A stretch of DNA of 54,080 nt from Clostridia bacterium (GCA_017619495.1 JAFZSF010000018.1:1-54080), one strand, 5' to 3'. Counted from the first letter of the stretch, positions 30,284 to 40,463 are shown. Program-made: numbers and translations. Notes: generated by a model from the letters alone, not told the origin.

Positions 30284-30841
30284 TCATAATTCATCCTTTG
30301 TGATTGAATAAACATATAAGTCGTTACGCTCTTTGGTTACCTTGTTAATGCGACGACCACGCAAGACGGCTTCTTTCTTCATACCAGCCTTTTGCATCAC
30401 ACGACCACTGGCGGGGTTACCACTAATATGACGCGCTTCAACTAAATACATACCAGCTTCAGTAAGTAAGTATTCGATGACCGCCCGTAGTGCTTCGGTA
30501 GCATACCCACACCCCCAAAATTTAGAACCAAAACAATAGCCGATTTCAGCAATACCATTTTGCAAGTCAAGCGCACAGTGTCCGTTAGTAACCGAAATAC
30601 TGCCAACAATTTCGTGGTTGTCTTTAGTTTCAATTACCCAATCGAAACTGCCATTGTCATAATTATCAATCCAATTTTGCACATTTTTTTTGGTTTCGGT
30701 AAGGTCTTTGTGTGGTTCAAAACTTAAAAACTGACAGCATAGTGGATCAGATGCCCAGTTTATAAAAACCTGTTCCACATCTTCAATTCTATATTCGCGC
30801 AAAATCAAGCGCGCAGTTTCTATGCGTTTAGTATTACTCAT
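30284..30841 (-). CDS. GNAT acetyltransferase, RimJ/RimL family
   Basis: IETARLILRE, EIGY...FWGCGYATEA, NPASGRVMQKAGM. Confidence 0.92.
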   Translation of the reverse strand: MSNTKRIETARLILREYRIEDVEQVFINWASDPLCCQFLSFEPHKDLTETKKNVQNWIDNYDNGSFDWVIETKDNHEIVGSISVTNGHCALDLQNGIAEIGYCFGSKFWGCGYATEALRAVIEYLLTEAGMYLVEARHISGNPASGRVMQKAGMKKEAVLRGRRINKVTKERNDLYVYSITKDEL

Positions 30842-30902
30842 TTCTTCTCCTGCACCTATACCATTTTAGCATAACACAAAATTAAAAACTTAGGCAAAGT
30901 AA

Positions 30903-31568
30903 TTACGCTTTGTCATTAGGACGATATTTTTTAGTAACCGCAGCGCTGGCTTCATCTTTCCATTTTTGAATTGCCGCGTGGTTGCCCGAAAATAGAATTT
31001 CTGGCACCGCCACACCATTCCAAACACGCGGGCGGGTGTACTGCGGATATTCTAATTTACCATCGACATAACTTTCACTAATTAAACTATCTTTATTAAT
31101 GACACCATCAACATAACGCGACACAGCATCAACCAAAACCATGGCGGGAATTTCACCACCAGTTAAAACAAATTCACCGATAGAAATCACTTCATCAAAA
31201 CAAGCATCAATTACGCGTTGATCCACGCCTTCATAATGACCGCACAAAACAATAATATGTTCATAATGTGACAAAGCAACAACTTTATCTTGTGTTAAAA
31301 TTGGCGCGGCTGGGGTCATAAAAATACGATGTGCTTTGTGTTCTGGATCAATGGCCTTTAAGCAATCAGCAATGGGTTGACATGCCAAAACCAGACCAGC
31401 ACCCGGCGAATATGAATGGTCATCAACTTTACGGTGCTTGTCGGTTGTGTAGTCGCGGAAATTTACCATTTGAATTTGCAACTTACCTGCTTTCGTGGCG
31501 CGACCCAAAATACTGGTTTGCAAGGGAATAAACATTTCCGGAAATAAAGTCAAAATCGTCCAACGCAT
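30903..31568 (-). CDS. trmD: tRNA (guanine37-N1)-methyltransferase
   Basis: LTLFPEM, CGHYEGVDQR, SIGEFVLTGGE, YPQYTRP. Confidence 0.97.
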   Translation of the reverse strand: MRWTILTLFPEMFIPLQTSILGRATKAGKLQIQMVNFRDYTTDKHRKVDDHSYSPGAGLVLACQPIADCLKAIDPEHKAHRIFMTPAAPILTQDKVVALSHYEHIIVLCGHYEGVDQRVIDACFDEVISIGEFVLTGGEIPAMVLVDAVSRYVDGVINKDSLISESYVDGKLEYPQYTRPRVWNGVAVPEILFSGNHAAIQKWKDEASAAVTKKYRPNDKA

Positions 31569-32059
31569 TATACTAGCTCCGCTTCTAACGCATTTGGTGT
31601 TAATACCAAAGTGTGCGTCGTCATATTAGTTTCAGCAATAAACTCATCTTCATTCGGCAACAGGACAAACCCCTGACCGTCAACCGCAATTTCAAAGAAA
31701 TCACCGGCACCATAATTTTCAATCGAGGCCACGGTACCAATTTTTTGTCCATTATGTACAACTTCAAAACCAATTAAATCACTGGATAAAACTTCATCGG
31801 GTGCTAAATGCAAAGCGCTGGCATCCACCTTGACGATTTGGTTGCGCAACTTTTCGGCTTGCTCAATACTATCAACGCCAGTTAAACGCAAATAGGCAAA
31901 ACCATTTTGCACACTGCTACGCACTACTTGGTAAGTTTGTTCATGTAACGAAACTGATTTTAAGTCATTAAAAACCGCGGGGCGATTGTAAGTAATATCA
32001 ATCTTTAACTCGCCTTGCAGACCCCGTGGTTTCAAAACTGTGCCAATGGCTACCAGCAT
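31568..32059 (-). CDS. rimM: Ribosome maturation factor RimM
   Basis: IG...KPRGLQGE, AEKLRN, DLIGFEV; upstream of trmD. Confidence 0.92.
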   Translation of the reverse strand: MLVAIGTVLKPRGLQGELKIDITYNRPAVFNDLKSVSLHEQTYQVVRSSVQNGFAYLRLTGVDSIEQAEKLRNQIVKVDASALHLAPDEVLSSDLIGFEVVHNGQKIGTVASIENYGAGDFFEIAVDGQGFVLLPNEDEFIAETNMTTHTLVLTPNALEAELV

Positions 32060-33795
32060 TATTTGAATTCCTTAACTTGTTGTCTAACCATGGCGATAAA
32101 CTCTTCTACCGTCATTTGACCCAAATCTTGTCCTTCGCGTGTACGCACCGCCACTTTATTAGCTTCCTGTTCTTTCGCGCCAATAATTAAGCAGTATGGA
32201 ATTTTTTTCAAAGTTGCTTCACGAATTTTCAAACCAATTTTTTCGTTACGCAAATCGGTTACCGCACGAATATCAGCTGCCAATAAAGCGCGTTTGATTT
32301 GTTCACAATATTCGTCTTGGGCGTTAGTAATATTCAAGACGCGCACTTGGGTTGGCGATAACCAAACAGGCAAAGCCCCCATCGTCTTTTCAATCAACAT
32401 CGCCAAAGTGCGTTCATAACAACCGATCGAAGAACGGTGAATTAAGAACGGTTTCGCTTTTTTACCGTTTTCGTCAATGTATGTCAAGCCAAAGCGTTCT
32501 GATAAAGCGAAGTCTAACTGAATGGTAAATAAAGTGTCTTCTTTACCATAAGTATTCTTAGCTTGGATATCAATTTTCGGGCCATAGAAGGCAGCTTCGC
32601 CATCAGCTTCGGTAAATTTCAAATTGTGTGCTTTCAAAGCATTACGGATTTCGTTTTGACTCCATTCCCAAGCATCGGGCATATCAATGTATTTTTCTTT
32701 ATTATTTGGATCCCATTTCGACAAACGAATCGAAACATCGTTTTCCATGTTTAATACGCGTAAGAAGTATTTGGTTAAATCCATACATTCATCAATAACT
32801 TGTTGGATTTGATCGGGACGCACAATAATGTGACCATCACTCAAAGTGTACTCACGCAAACGAATCAGCCCATGCATTTCACCACTGTTTTCATTGCGAA
32901 ATTGTTTTGCCGTTTCAGCAAAGCGCATGGGTAAATCTTTATAGGAACGCAACTCACTACGGTATAACAAAATATGCATTGGACAGGTCATCGGGCGCAG
33001 AGCCATAACATTGTCATTCAATACTTCATCACCGATTAAGAACATCGAATCTTTATAGTGTTGCCAGTGACCACTAACCTTGTACAAATCACTCTTCGCG
33101 AACGACGGAGTCTTAACATGTAAATAACCACGGCGGATTTCTTCATCTTCTACAAAGCGTTGCATAATACGCAAAATGGTTGCACCTTCCGGTGTAAACA
33201 ATGGCAATCCTTGACCAACTAATTCGGACGAAGTGTAATAGCCTAATTCACGGCAAATTTTATTGTGGTCGCGTTTTTTAACTTCTTCCTGCCAAAGGTT
33301 GTAAGCTTCTAATTCGCTTTTTTTAGCGAAGGCAACACCATAGATACGGGTCAACATTTTATTCTTTTCATCGCCACGCCAGTAGGCACCCGTAATCTGG
33401 GTTAATTTGAACGCCTTAATTTTACTTAAACGATCCACATGCGGACCAGCACACAAATCAGTAAAATTGCCGATAGTATACATGGAAATACTTTCACCAC
33501 GCGGAATGTCGTGTAATAATTCGACTTTATAAATTTCTTTGTTTTTATTAATGATACGCGATGCTTCGGTGCGCGTAACTTCTTTGCGTTCTACCACAAA
33601 ATCCTCTTTGATGATGCGAGCCATTTCAGCTTCAATTTTTGGCAAGTCTTCATCTTTGATTGGTGTTGCAAAATCAAAGTCGTAATAGAAGCCCGATTCT
33701 GTGGCTGGGCCGATCGCCAATTTAGTATTTGGGTAGATGTTTTTTACGGCATACGCCAAGACATGAGCGGCCGTATGATTCAAAATTTTATCCAT
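32059..33795 (-). CDS. thrS: Threonyl-tRNA synthetase lacking the N-terminal TGS domain
   Basis: HTAAHVLA, DLCAGPH, RPMTCP, AAFYGPK; start placed at ATG 33795 (MDKILNHT). Confidence 0.97.
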   Translation of the reverse strand: MDKILNHTAAHVLAYAVKNIYPNTKLAIGPATESGFYYDFDFATPIKDEDLPKIEAEMARIIKEDFVVERKEVTRTEASRIINKNKEIYKVELLHDIPRGESISMYTIGNFTDLCAGPHVDRLSKIKAFKLTQITGAYWRGDEKNKMLTRIYGVAFAKKSELEAYNLWQEEVKKRDHNKICRELGYYTSSELVGQGLPLFTPEGATILRIMQRFVEDEEIRRGYLHVKTPSFAKSDLYKVSGHWQHYKDSMFLIGDEVLNDNVMALRPMTCPMHILLYRSELRSYKDLPMRFAETAKQFRNENSGEMHGLIRLREYTLSDGHIIVRPDQIQQVIDECMDLTKYFLRVLNMENDVSIRLSKWDPNNKEKYIDMPDAWEWSQNEIRNALKAHNLKFTEADGEAAFYGPKIDIQAKNTYGKEDTLFTIQLDFALSERFGLTYIDENGKKAKPFLIHRSSIGCYERTLAMLIEKTMGALPVWLSPTQVRVLNITNAQDEYCEQIKRALLAADIRAVTDLRNEKIGLKIREATLKKIPYCLIIGAKEQEANKVAVRTREGQDLGQMTVEEFIAMVRQQVKEFK

Positions 33796-33802
33796 GGGTT
33801 TT

Positions 33803-33830
33803 AGTATAGCACTAAATCTAAATAATGCAA
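33803..33830 (-). promoter_or_regulatory. Sigma-A promoter of thrS-rimM-trmD; leaderless
   Basis: TTGCAT-16-TATACT with extended TG, 7 nt to ATG. Confidence 0.72.
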
Positions 33831-33875
33831 ATATCAAAAATAATTAAATTATGTCCTTTAACATAGACTAAGGAT

Positions 33876-34547
33876 ATGGAAATTTCTACTGATGAACGCT
33901 TTGTATTCTGCTTAGAACATTTGGCGCAAAAATTCCATGGTCAAATTAAACGCACAGATATGCGGTACAATTTAATACTGAATACCGGCGTAGATAATTT
34001 TCGACTGTTTGACAGTATTGTTAATCAAATAGTTACCACTATGAAAGGTTATTATTTACAAAGTAAAATGCGAATTAAAAACAAAACTTTAATCAAGGTG
34101 TTAATCAACTACGATAAAAAATCTGACACCGTAATTGCTGGTTCATTATTTCAATTAACACCCCAATTATTATTAGATTCAATCTACGATTTCGCGCTAA
34201 CCCGCTTAAAATGCCGCTGGGACGAAGTAATCCAGTTAGTCAATGAAAACTATTTTCAATTAACTCAGACTGTTTTGTTTAACGAACTGTTACGGTTCTT
34301 AATCCTTAACATGGATTATCGCGTTTCCGAAGCTCATGTTATGGTTGTCGATAACCAACCAATCATTTGCGATAAAAAATTACAACCGCTTCCCCAAGGC
34401 GACGAAGATATTATTAATGCTTTAATTGAAGTAGCGCCACGGCAGATATTTATTCATAATGATTCGTTGTTAGCGCGCGATCTCGTCGAGCGCATTGAAT
34501 ATTTATTTCCAAACTGCGTTTGCATTGAATACAATGCAGTGTTATAA
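33876..34547 (+). CDS. YtxC-like sporulation protein
   Basis: F.LTRLKCRWDEV, FNELLRF, LIEVAPRQIFIH, IEYLF; adjacent to thrS as in Bacillus. Confidence 0.72.
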   Translation: MEISTDERFVFCLEHLAQKFHGQIKRTDMRYNLILNTGVDNFRLFDSIVNQIVTTMKGYYLQSKMRIKNKTLIKVLINYDKKSDTVIAGSLFQLTPQLLLDSIYDFALTRLKCRWDEVIQLVNENYFQLTQTVLFNELLRFLILNMDYRVSEAHVMVVDNQPIICDKKLQPLPQGDEDIINALIEVAPRQIFIHNDSLLARDLVERIEYLFPNCVCIEYNAVL

Positions 34548-34548
34548 T
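34520..34548 (+). promoter_or_regulatory. Sigma-A promoter of yaaT-nrdR inside the end of ytxC; leaderless
   Basis: TTGCAT-17-TATAAT with extended TG, 6 nt to ATG 34555. Confidence 0.8.
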
Positions 34549-34554
34549 TTACTT

Positions 34555-35181
34555 ATGAAGACTTACAATGTGAGAGTTTTTAACGAAACACAAACGACTA
34601 AGTTCGACAGCGAAATTGTCGACCTTAAACCGAACGAATATGTTATTGTTGAGACTGCTACGGGCGCTGAATGGGGCGTAGTTACTGATGAAGGTGTTGA
34701 TAAGAAAAAACACGAAGCCAATCATGCGCAAATTTTCCGTCGCGCGACCACCAAAGACCAAAGCCAAATTAATTTATTATTAAAGTCGGCTGAATTCGCC
34801 AAGGAAAAAGCTATTACCATGTCCGAACAATTGAAGTTGGATATGCGTATCATGTCAGCACACTACACCTTTGACGCCAGTAAAGTTATAATTGACTTCT
34901 CCGCTGAACAGCGCGTTGATTTTCGTGAATTAGTGCGTAACTTAGCCAGTGCCTTACACACGCGCATTGAGCTACGCCAAATTGGTGCGCGTGACGAAGT
35001 GAAAGCCTTAGGGGCTTTGGGACCATGTGGACAAGAATGTTGTTGCAGACGTTTTTGCCATAACTACCCCGAAGTTTCGATTAAGATGGCAAAGCAACAA
35101 AACCTGTCACTAACACCGGAAAAAATCAATGGTATCTGTGGGCGCTTAAAATGTTGCTTGTCATATGAAACAGATAAATGA
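34555..35181 (+). CDS. yaaT: PSP1/YaaT (RicT) family Fe-S regulatory protein
   Basis: RVDFRELVR, RIELRQIGARDE, GPCGQECCC, GICGRLKCCLSYE. Confidence 0.94.
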   Translation: MKTYNVRVFNETQTTKFDSEIVDLKPNEYVIVETATGAEWGVVTDEGVDKKKHEANHAQIFRRATTKDQSQINLLLKSAEFAKEKAITMSEQLKLDMRIMSAHYTFDASKVIIDFSAEQRVDFRELVRNLASALHTRIELRQIGARDEVKALGALGPCGQECCCRRFCHNYPEVSIKMAKQQNLSLTPEKINGICGRLKCCLSYETDK

Positions 35182-35224
35182 TAAACTGTAATAGAAAAAT
35201 TAAGGAACAAAGGAGCACTTAATC

Positions 35225-35701
35225 ATGAGATGTCCAAACTGCGGTTCACACGATAATAAGGTTGTTGACAGTCGTACCAACGACAATTCAAATTCGATTC
35301 GCCGTCGTCGCGAATGCTTAAAATGCGGTAAGCGTTTTACCAGTTATGAAACCATTGAGCGCGTATCTTTATTAGTGATTAAGCGTGATGGCAGCCGTCA
35401 ATCATTTGATGCGCAAAAAATCAAAAACAGTATTATCGCGGCAACTGGCAAACGCCCTGTATCCATGAAACAAATTGACAGCATAGTTGAAAGTATTGAA
35501 ATGCAAATTGCTAACGCCGCGATTGGTGACCAACAAGAAATTGCCAGCAGCGTAATCGGCGATATGGTCATGGAAGAATTGAAAAAGATTGATGAAGTCG
35601 CTTATATTCGTTTTGCGGCCGTTTATCGTCAATTCAAAGATGTTTCTACCTTTGTTAATTTCGTAAAAAATCTTGAACAAGAAATTTCCAAGAAAATTTA
35701 A
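35225..35701 (+). CDS. nrdR: Transcriptional repressor NrdR
   Basis: MRCPNC, RRRRECLKC, ATP cone, VAYIRFAAVY. Confidence 0.97.
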   Translation: MRCPNCGSHDNKVVDSRTNDNSNSIRRRRECLKCGKRFTSYETIERVSLLVIKRDGSRQSFDAQKIKNSIIAATGKRPVSMKQIDSIVESIEMQIANAAIGDQQEIASSVIGDMVMEELKKIDEVAYIRFAAVYRQFKDVSTFVNFVKNLEQEISKKI

Positions 35702-36741
35702 GCTTGTGTTTTAATTTCTGCCAAGCGTAAGGCTTCAACCATATCCGCAATCTCACCATCAACAAACTTGGTGAGATTATATTCTGTGCGATTAATACGA
35801 TGGTCAGTAACCCGCCCCTGTGGATAATTATAAGTACGAATGCGTTCGCTACGGTCGCCGGTACCGACTTGTGAATGGCGTTCCGAAGCGTATTTTTCGT
35901 CTTCCAAACTTTGATAATAATGTGCTAATTTAGACACTAAAACCGTCATCGCTTTTTCACGGTTAGCAAGTTGACTGCGCCCGTCTTGGCATGTTACGAC
36001 GGTGTTGGTCGGTAAATGTGTAATGCGAATAGCGCTTTCGGTTTTATTAATATGTTGACCACCAGCCCCCGATGCTCGATAAACATCAATGCGTAAATCT
36101 TTTTCGTCAATTTGAAAATCCACGGTCGTAGCTTCGGGCAAAACAGCCACGGTGGCGGTCGAAGTATGAATTCGCCCTTGGGATTCGGTTTCCGGTACGC
36201 GCTGTACACGGTGTACCCCGCTTTCATATTTGAATTTAGAATATGCGCCCTCACCTTTAATCATAAAGGTAACATTTTTAACACCGCCGATACCATTCTC
36301 TTCAATATCGGTAATTTCCACGGTAAATCCATTCGCATTGGCGTATAGTGTATACATGCGCAGTAAAACTGCCGCGAATAAACAAGCTTCATCACCACCT
36401 GCGGCGGGACGAATTTCAATAATGACATTGGCTTCGTCGCGTTCATCTTTGGGCGTCAATAACAAGCGCAATTCTGCTTCCGTTTGTGCCAGCAAGGTTT
36501 GGTTTTCCGTAATTTCTGCTTTGACCAATTCCGCCAATTCAGGATCGGTAATTTTTTCTGCCGCTAAAATATCATTGTTGATTTTTTGATATTTACGATA
36601 AGTCGCTACAATGGGTGCCAATTTTGACACCTCCTTGGAAATTTGCGAATAACGCGTAAAATCATTAAAAATTTCCGGCAGTGTTAACTGTTGTAGTAAC
36701 TGCTCGTACTTTGCCTCCAATGCACTTACTTCTTCAAACAT
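35698..36741 (-). CDS. prfA: Peptide chain release factor 1
   Basis: GVHRVQRVPETE (PxT), GAGGQHIN, RSERIRTYN. Confidence 0.98.
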   Translation of the reverse strand: MFEEVSALEAKYEQLLQQLTLPEIFNDFTRYSQISKEVSKLAPIVATYRKYQKINNDILAAEKITDPELAELVKAEITENQTLLAQTEAELRLLLTPKDERDEANVIIEIRPAAGGDEACLFAAVLLRMYTLYANANGFTVEITDIEENGIGGVKNVTFMIKGEGAYSKFKYESGVHRVQRVPETESQGRIHTSTATVAVLPEATTVDFQIDEKDLRIDVYRASGAGGQHINKTESAIRITHLPTNTVVTCQDGRSQLANREKAMTVLVSKLAHYYQSLEDEKYASERHSQVGTGDRSERIRTYNYPQGRVTDHRINRTEYNLTKFVDGEIADMVEALRLAEIKTQA

Positions 36742-37583
36742 TATACCCTTATTGTAACCACTCGGTCGCGATTTGCCAAATCTTTATACGCCTTCACACT
36801 ACTATACCCTGATTCTAAGGCAATTTTTTCCACGGCTGCCGCTTGGTCATAACCAATTTCAAACATAATCATACCATATGTTGACAGATGCGGTCGTGCA
36901 GTCGATAATATTCGACGATAAAAAAACAAGCCATCAATACCACCATCTAACGCCATATGTGGTTCTTGCAAAACCCACGGATCTTCGACCCCAATATCTG
37001 TGGTACGCACATAAGGCGGATTGCAAACTATTAAATCAAATTTACCATGCACATCTGTCAACAAATCACTGTATATTAAATTAATATCAGCATGATGCAA
37101 CGATGCATTTTGTGCTGCCACCGCCAATGCATCAGCACTATAATCAACCGCAGTAATTTCATAGCGTAACACATGGTTTTGTTGGTGTAACCAATCACAC
37201 AAATACGCTAATGAAATTCCAATAATACCAGACCCACAACATAAATCCAAAATGCGATATGGCGAATTTTCGTTACCAATCAAAGAATCCGCAATGATTT
37301 TCTTTTCTGCTAACTCAACCAAAATTTCAGTATCATGACGCGGCACCAAAACGCTGGGTGTGACAATAAATTTACGGTTATAAAAATAAGTACTCCCCAG
37401 CAAATACGCCAAAGGAGTGCCTTTTTTATATTGTTCAATAATTTTAATCGCTTGCTTAGCAATTGGTTCACTGATGTCTTTAATTAAAAAAACATTGGTG
37501 CGTTTAGCTTCTAGTAAATGGCACAAAACTTGGATTGTCGCTTCGTGCTCACCAGTCTGTGCAATCAATTGTGCTAATTTCAT
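36741..37583 (-). CDS. prmC: Release factor glutamine methyltransferase
   Basis: [28 protein letters not shown]. Confidence 0.95.
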   Translation of the reverse strand: MKLAQLIAQTGEHEATIQVLCHLLEAKRTNVFLIKDISEPIAKQAIKIIEQYKKGTPLAYLLGSTYFYNRKFIVTPSVLVPRHDTEILVELAEKKIIADSLIGNENSPYRILDLCCGSGIIGISLAYLCDWLHQQNHVLRYEITAVDYSADALAVAAQNASLHHADINLIYSDLLTDVHGKFDLIVCNPPYVRTTDIGVEDPWVLQEPHMALDGGIDGLFFYRRILSTARPHLSTYGMIMFEIGYDQAAAVEKIALESGYSSVKAYKDLANRDRVVTIRV

Positions 37584-37789
37584 TTTGATTTTGCGTAGCG
37601 TTTATTAAATTTGTCAACACGACCAGCAGTATCAACAATTTTTTGTTTGCCAGTATAAAATGGGTGACATTTTGAGCAAATATCAATTTTTACGACATCA
37701 CCTTCTTTGGTAGTTCCGCAGGTGAATTTGTTACCGCAAGCGCATTCAAATTCGGCTTCGTGATAATTTGGATGAATATTTTCTTTCAT
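37580..37789 (-). CDS. rpmE: 50S ribosomal protein L31 (zinc-binding type)
   Basis: [29 protein letters not shown]; start set to ATG 37789. Confidence 0.97.
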   Translation of the reverse strand: MKENIHPNYHEAEFECACGNKFTCGTTKEGDVVKIDICSKCHPFYTGKQKIVDTAGRVDKFNKRYAKSK

Positions 37790-37796
37790 AACGATT

Positions 37797-37825
37797 ATAT
37801 TACCATGGCAAATAAATCTTGTCAA
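37797..37825 (-). promoter_or_regulatory. Sigma-A promoter of rpmE-prmC-prfA; leaderless
   Basis: TTGACA-17-TAATAT with extended TG, 7 nt to ATG. Confidence 0.8.
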
Positions 37826-39159
37826 TCAAATGTCGCAAAACTACTTTTACGCAGAAATTCGCCACTTACCACATCGCCTGCACCACAAAGAATGATAGCA
37901 TCATATTCCGCGGCGTGTTCATGCAGATAGTCCGTTAATTTTTCTATTGTCGCCAAATATTTTACTTTAAGATAGCGACTTAAATCTAATCCACGACCAC
38001 CGACTATCGTTTTACCACGCGCAGCATAGGTTTTGTAAATTACCAGATGTGGTACGGTTGACAATACTTTCACAAAATCGTCCCATAAAGATAGTGTACG
38101 CGTATAAGTATGTGGTTGAAAAACTAAAAGGTATTTTTTGAATAAACTTTGCGCGGTTTGAATCGTAGTGGCAATCTCACGCGGGTGATGTGCATAGTCT
38201 AAAATTACCGGAGTGTGCCCTAACCTGGCAAAGCGTTGAAATCGGCGCGCAATACCGCGGTAATTAGCGATGGCGTGGCGGGTTGAGTCTAAACCGATTT
38301 GACACACCAAAGCGCAGGTAATGGCTGCCAAGGCGTTTGCGACATTATGCAAACCCGGTACATGCACAGTAAAGCGTGGTAATTGATAAATCATACCGAA
38401 GATTTGGGAGTTAATAACTACATCAAAACTATGTCCACCTTGGGGCAAAGTTTGCAAATTATTAGCATGAACATCACCATAATTGATACCAAAAGTGATG
38501 GTACGCTGTTTGCCAAACAGTAGCGCACTGTTAGGGTCACTGGCATTTTTAATTACGATTTCACTTTGAGCAGCAAATTGTGCAAAGCATTGTTTAATTT
38601 CTGACAAATCACGATAACAATCCAAATGGTCAGCATCGACATTGGTAATCACAGCGATATACGGTTTTAACTTCAAAAAACTTTTGCGAAATTCGCACGC
38701 TTCGGTAATAAACCATTGTTTACCACCTAAGTGCAAATTATCCTGCGCCCCAATATGCACAGTGGGTTGACGACCACCCTGACGAAAAATAGTTCCAATC
38801 ATGGCAGTCGTTGAACTTTTACCATGGCACCCCGCCACCGCAATAACACGCGCATAATGTCGCGCAATTTGGGCCAATAAATTTTCACGATAAACAATTT
38901 TTATACCCTGCCGTCGAGCGTAAAGGAGTTCTGGATTATCATCGGCGATTGCGCCATTTATCACCAAACAGTCGACGGGATCTTGTTGTAAATTCTTGCT
39001 TGTATGACCAATATAAACTGGAATGCCTAAGGACGACAATTCATGAGTATTTTTTGAAGCGACCACATCACTGCCAGCGACTTGCTTACCTTGGACTTTT
39101 AATAATTTAGCCAACGCTGACATAGAAACGCCACCGATGCCCACAAAAAAATAACGCAC
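37822..39159 (-). CDS. murC: UDP-N-acetylmuramate--L-alanine ligase
   Basis: [44 protein letters not shown]. Confidence 0.93.
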   Translation of the reverse strand: MRYFFVGIGGVSMSALAKLLKVQGKQVAGSDVVASKNTHELSSLGIPVYIGHTSKNLQQDPVDCLVINGAIADDNPELLYARRQGIKIVYRENLLAQIARHYARVIAVAGCHGKSSTTAMIGTIFRQGGRQPTVHIGAQDNLHLGGKQWFITEACEFRKSFLKLKPYIAVITNVDADHLDCYRDLSEIKQCFAQFAAQSEIVIKNASDPNSALLFGKQRTITFGINYGDVHANNLQTLPQGGHSFDVVINSQIFGMIYQLPRFTVHVPGLHNVANALAAITCALVCQIGLDSTRHAIANYRGIARRFQRFARLGHTPVILDYAHHPREIATTIQTAQSLFKKYLLVFQPHTYTRTLSLWDDFVKVLSTVPHLVIYKTYAARGKTIVGGRGLDLSRYLKVKYLATIEKLTDYLHEHAAEYDAIILCGAGDVVSGEFLRKSSFATFD

Positions 39160-39213
39160 CGTTTTATATATGCGTTATTTTTTAAGACTGTTATTTAATA
39201 TTAACGGTTGTGA

Positions 39214-39537
39214 TTACAACAAACCCATATTCTTCGCGACCTTAACCGCGCGTGCTAATTCGCGTTGGTGAGCAGCACATAAACCGGTTTGACGGCGTGG
39301 GAAGATTTTTCCGCCTTCGGAAATGTACTTCTTCAAGCGTGGATCTTTGTAATCAATATACAACGGGCGTTTAGCTTCGTCTTTTTCCATACAGAAAGCG
39401 CAAACACGGCGTTTTTGACGAGGAGCGCGTTTTTCTTTGCGTTCTTCGGTATTTTCGCTAGCGTTCTTTTTGTTGGCTTTATTTTCTTGACGACTTAATT
39501 CTTCAATAACTTCGCGAGTCGATAAATTTTCTCCCAT
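39214..39537 (-). CDS. rpsR: 30S ribosomal protein S18 with N-terminal extension
   Basis: [24 protein letters not shown]. Confidence 0.96.
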   Translation of the reverse strand: MGENLSTREVIEELSRQENKANKKNASENTEERKEKRAPRQKRRVCAFCMEKDEAKRPLYIDYKDPRLKKYISEGGKIFPRRQTGLCAAHQRELARAVKVAKNMGLL

Positions 39538-39552
39538 AATTTCTCCTTTTAA

Positions 39553-39942
39553 TTAAAACGGTAATGAATCATCAGCAATTGGTTTCATTTCCACATTGTT
39601 AGTTTGGTCATATGAACTGCTTGGATTTTCATCTTTGCGATTCAAAAACTCAACAGCATCGGCAACAACATCAACCGAGGTGCGTTTATTGCCTTCTTTA
39701 TCTTCGTAATTGCGGATTTGAATTTCGCCACTGATGGCAACTTTACTACCTTTCTTAATAAACTTGGCGCAATTTTCACCCAAAGCACGCCATACTGTTA
39801 CATTGTAAAAATCTGTTTCTTGATTTCCACCAGCACGACGATTTACAGCGATCGAGAAACGGCAAACACTGGTATTATTAGCACCAACCGTTGACAATTC
39901 TGGATCACGGGTCAAGTTACCAATTAAAAAAACTTTGTTCAT
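39553..39942 (-). CDS. ssb: Single-stranded DNA-binding protein
   Basis: MNKVFLIGNLTRDPE, C-terminal DDSLPF. Confidence 0.97.
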   Translation of the reverse strand: MNKVFLIGNLTRDPELSTVGANNTSVCRFSIAVNRRAGGNQETDFYNVTVWRALGENCAKFIKKGSKVAISGEIQIRNYEDKEGNKRTSVDVVADAVEFLNRKDENPSSSYDQTNNVEMKPIADDSLPF

Positions 39943-39948
39943 GGTAAA

Positions 39949-40326
39949 TTATTCTCCTTCTTTAACTTCTTTGGCTTCTTTTTCACGCATTTCTTTTTCT
40001 TTCTTAGCCAAGTATTCTTCACGCGCTTTGGCACGATTTTGTTTGCGGATTACATCTTGCGCCAACATAACATCGGTCTTAGCAACGAACAAGTGACGAT
40101 TGACACCTTCGGTAATATTCATTAAAGCTGTCATTTTGGCTGGAACTTCCGGCGCGGCGCTGAAATTCAACAAGTAGTAGAAACCATATTTCTTTTGTCC
40201 TAACTTTTCTACGGTTGTTTGTTCACCTGCCATTTTTTTGAAATTGGCGATGATCTCCTCGCGTTTCGCTTCGTTAAGTTTTGCGTCCACAACGATCATA
40301 CATTCGTACGATTTCTTGTTTTCCAT
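39949..40326 (-). CDS. rpsF: 30S ribosomal protein S6, divergent
   Basis: YECMIVV, GFYYLLNF, first gene of rpsF-ssb-rpsR. Confidence 0.92.
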   Translation of the reverse strand: MENKKSYECMIVVDAKLNEAKREEIIANFKKMAGEQTTVEKLGQKKYGFYYLLNFSAAPEVPAKMTALMNITEGVNRHLFVAKTDVMLAQDVIRKQNRAKAREEYLAKKEKEMREKEAKEVKEGE

Positions 40327-40332
40327 GTTTTA

Positions 40333-40378
40333 CCTCCTTTTATGGTCTAACGCCTACGGTGTTACCGTAGGAAAAAGA
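40333..40378 (-). promoter_or_regulatory. Putative S6:S18 autoregulatory leader RNA
   Basis: CTTTTT-CCTACGG-taaca-CCGTAGG-cgttagaccat-AAAAGGAGG: inner hairpin plus an outer stem pairing with the SD region, resembling the Bacillus rpsF leader. Confidence 0.7.
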
Positions 40379-40386
40379 TACATTAC

Positions 40387-40415
40387 ATAATACAACATTC
40401 AGCTGAAAAATGCAA
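40387..40415 (-). promoter_or_regulatory. Sigma-A promoter of the rpsF operon
   Basis: TTGCAT-17-TATTAT. Confidence 0.7.
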
Positions 40416-40426
40416 CCATAAATATC

Positions 40427-40455
40427 TTGCGTTATTTTTAGATATTTGTTATAGT
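40427..40455 (+). promoter_or_regulatory. Sigma-A promoter of tRNA-Met
   Basis: TTGCGT-17-TATAGT with extended TG. Confidence 0.72.
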
Positions 40456-40463
40456 AACTATAC

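Noticed and set aside
33796-33837. Longer starts offered by the ORF track for thrS, yaaT, rpmE, rpoB, the CBS gene and HIT
   Set aside because: The extensions run through promoter elements or lack homology; downstream ATGs fit the family N-termini and promoter/SD spacing
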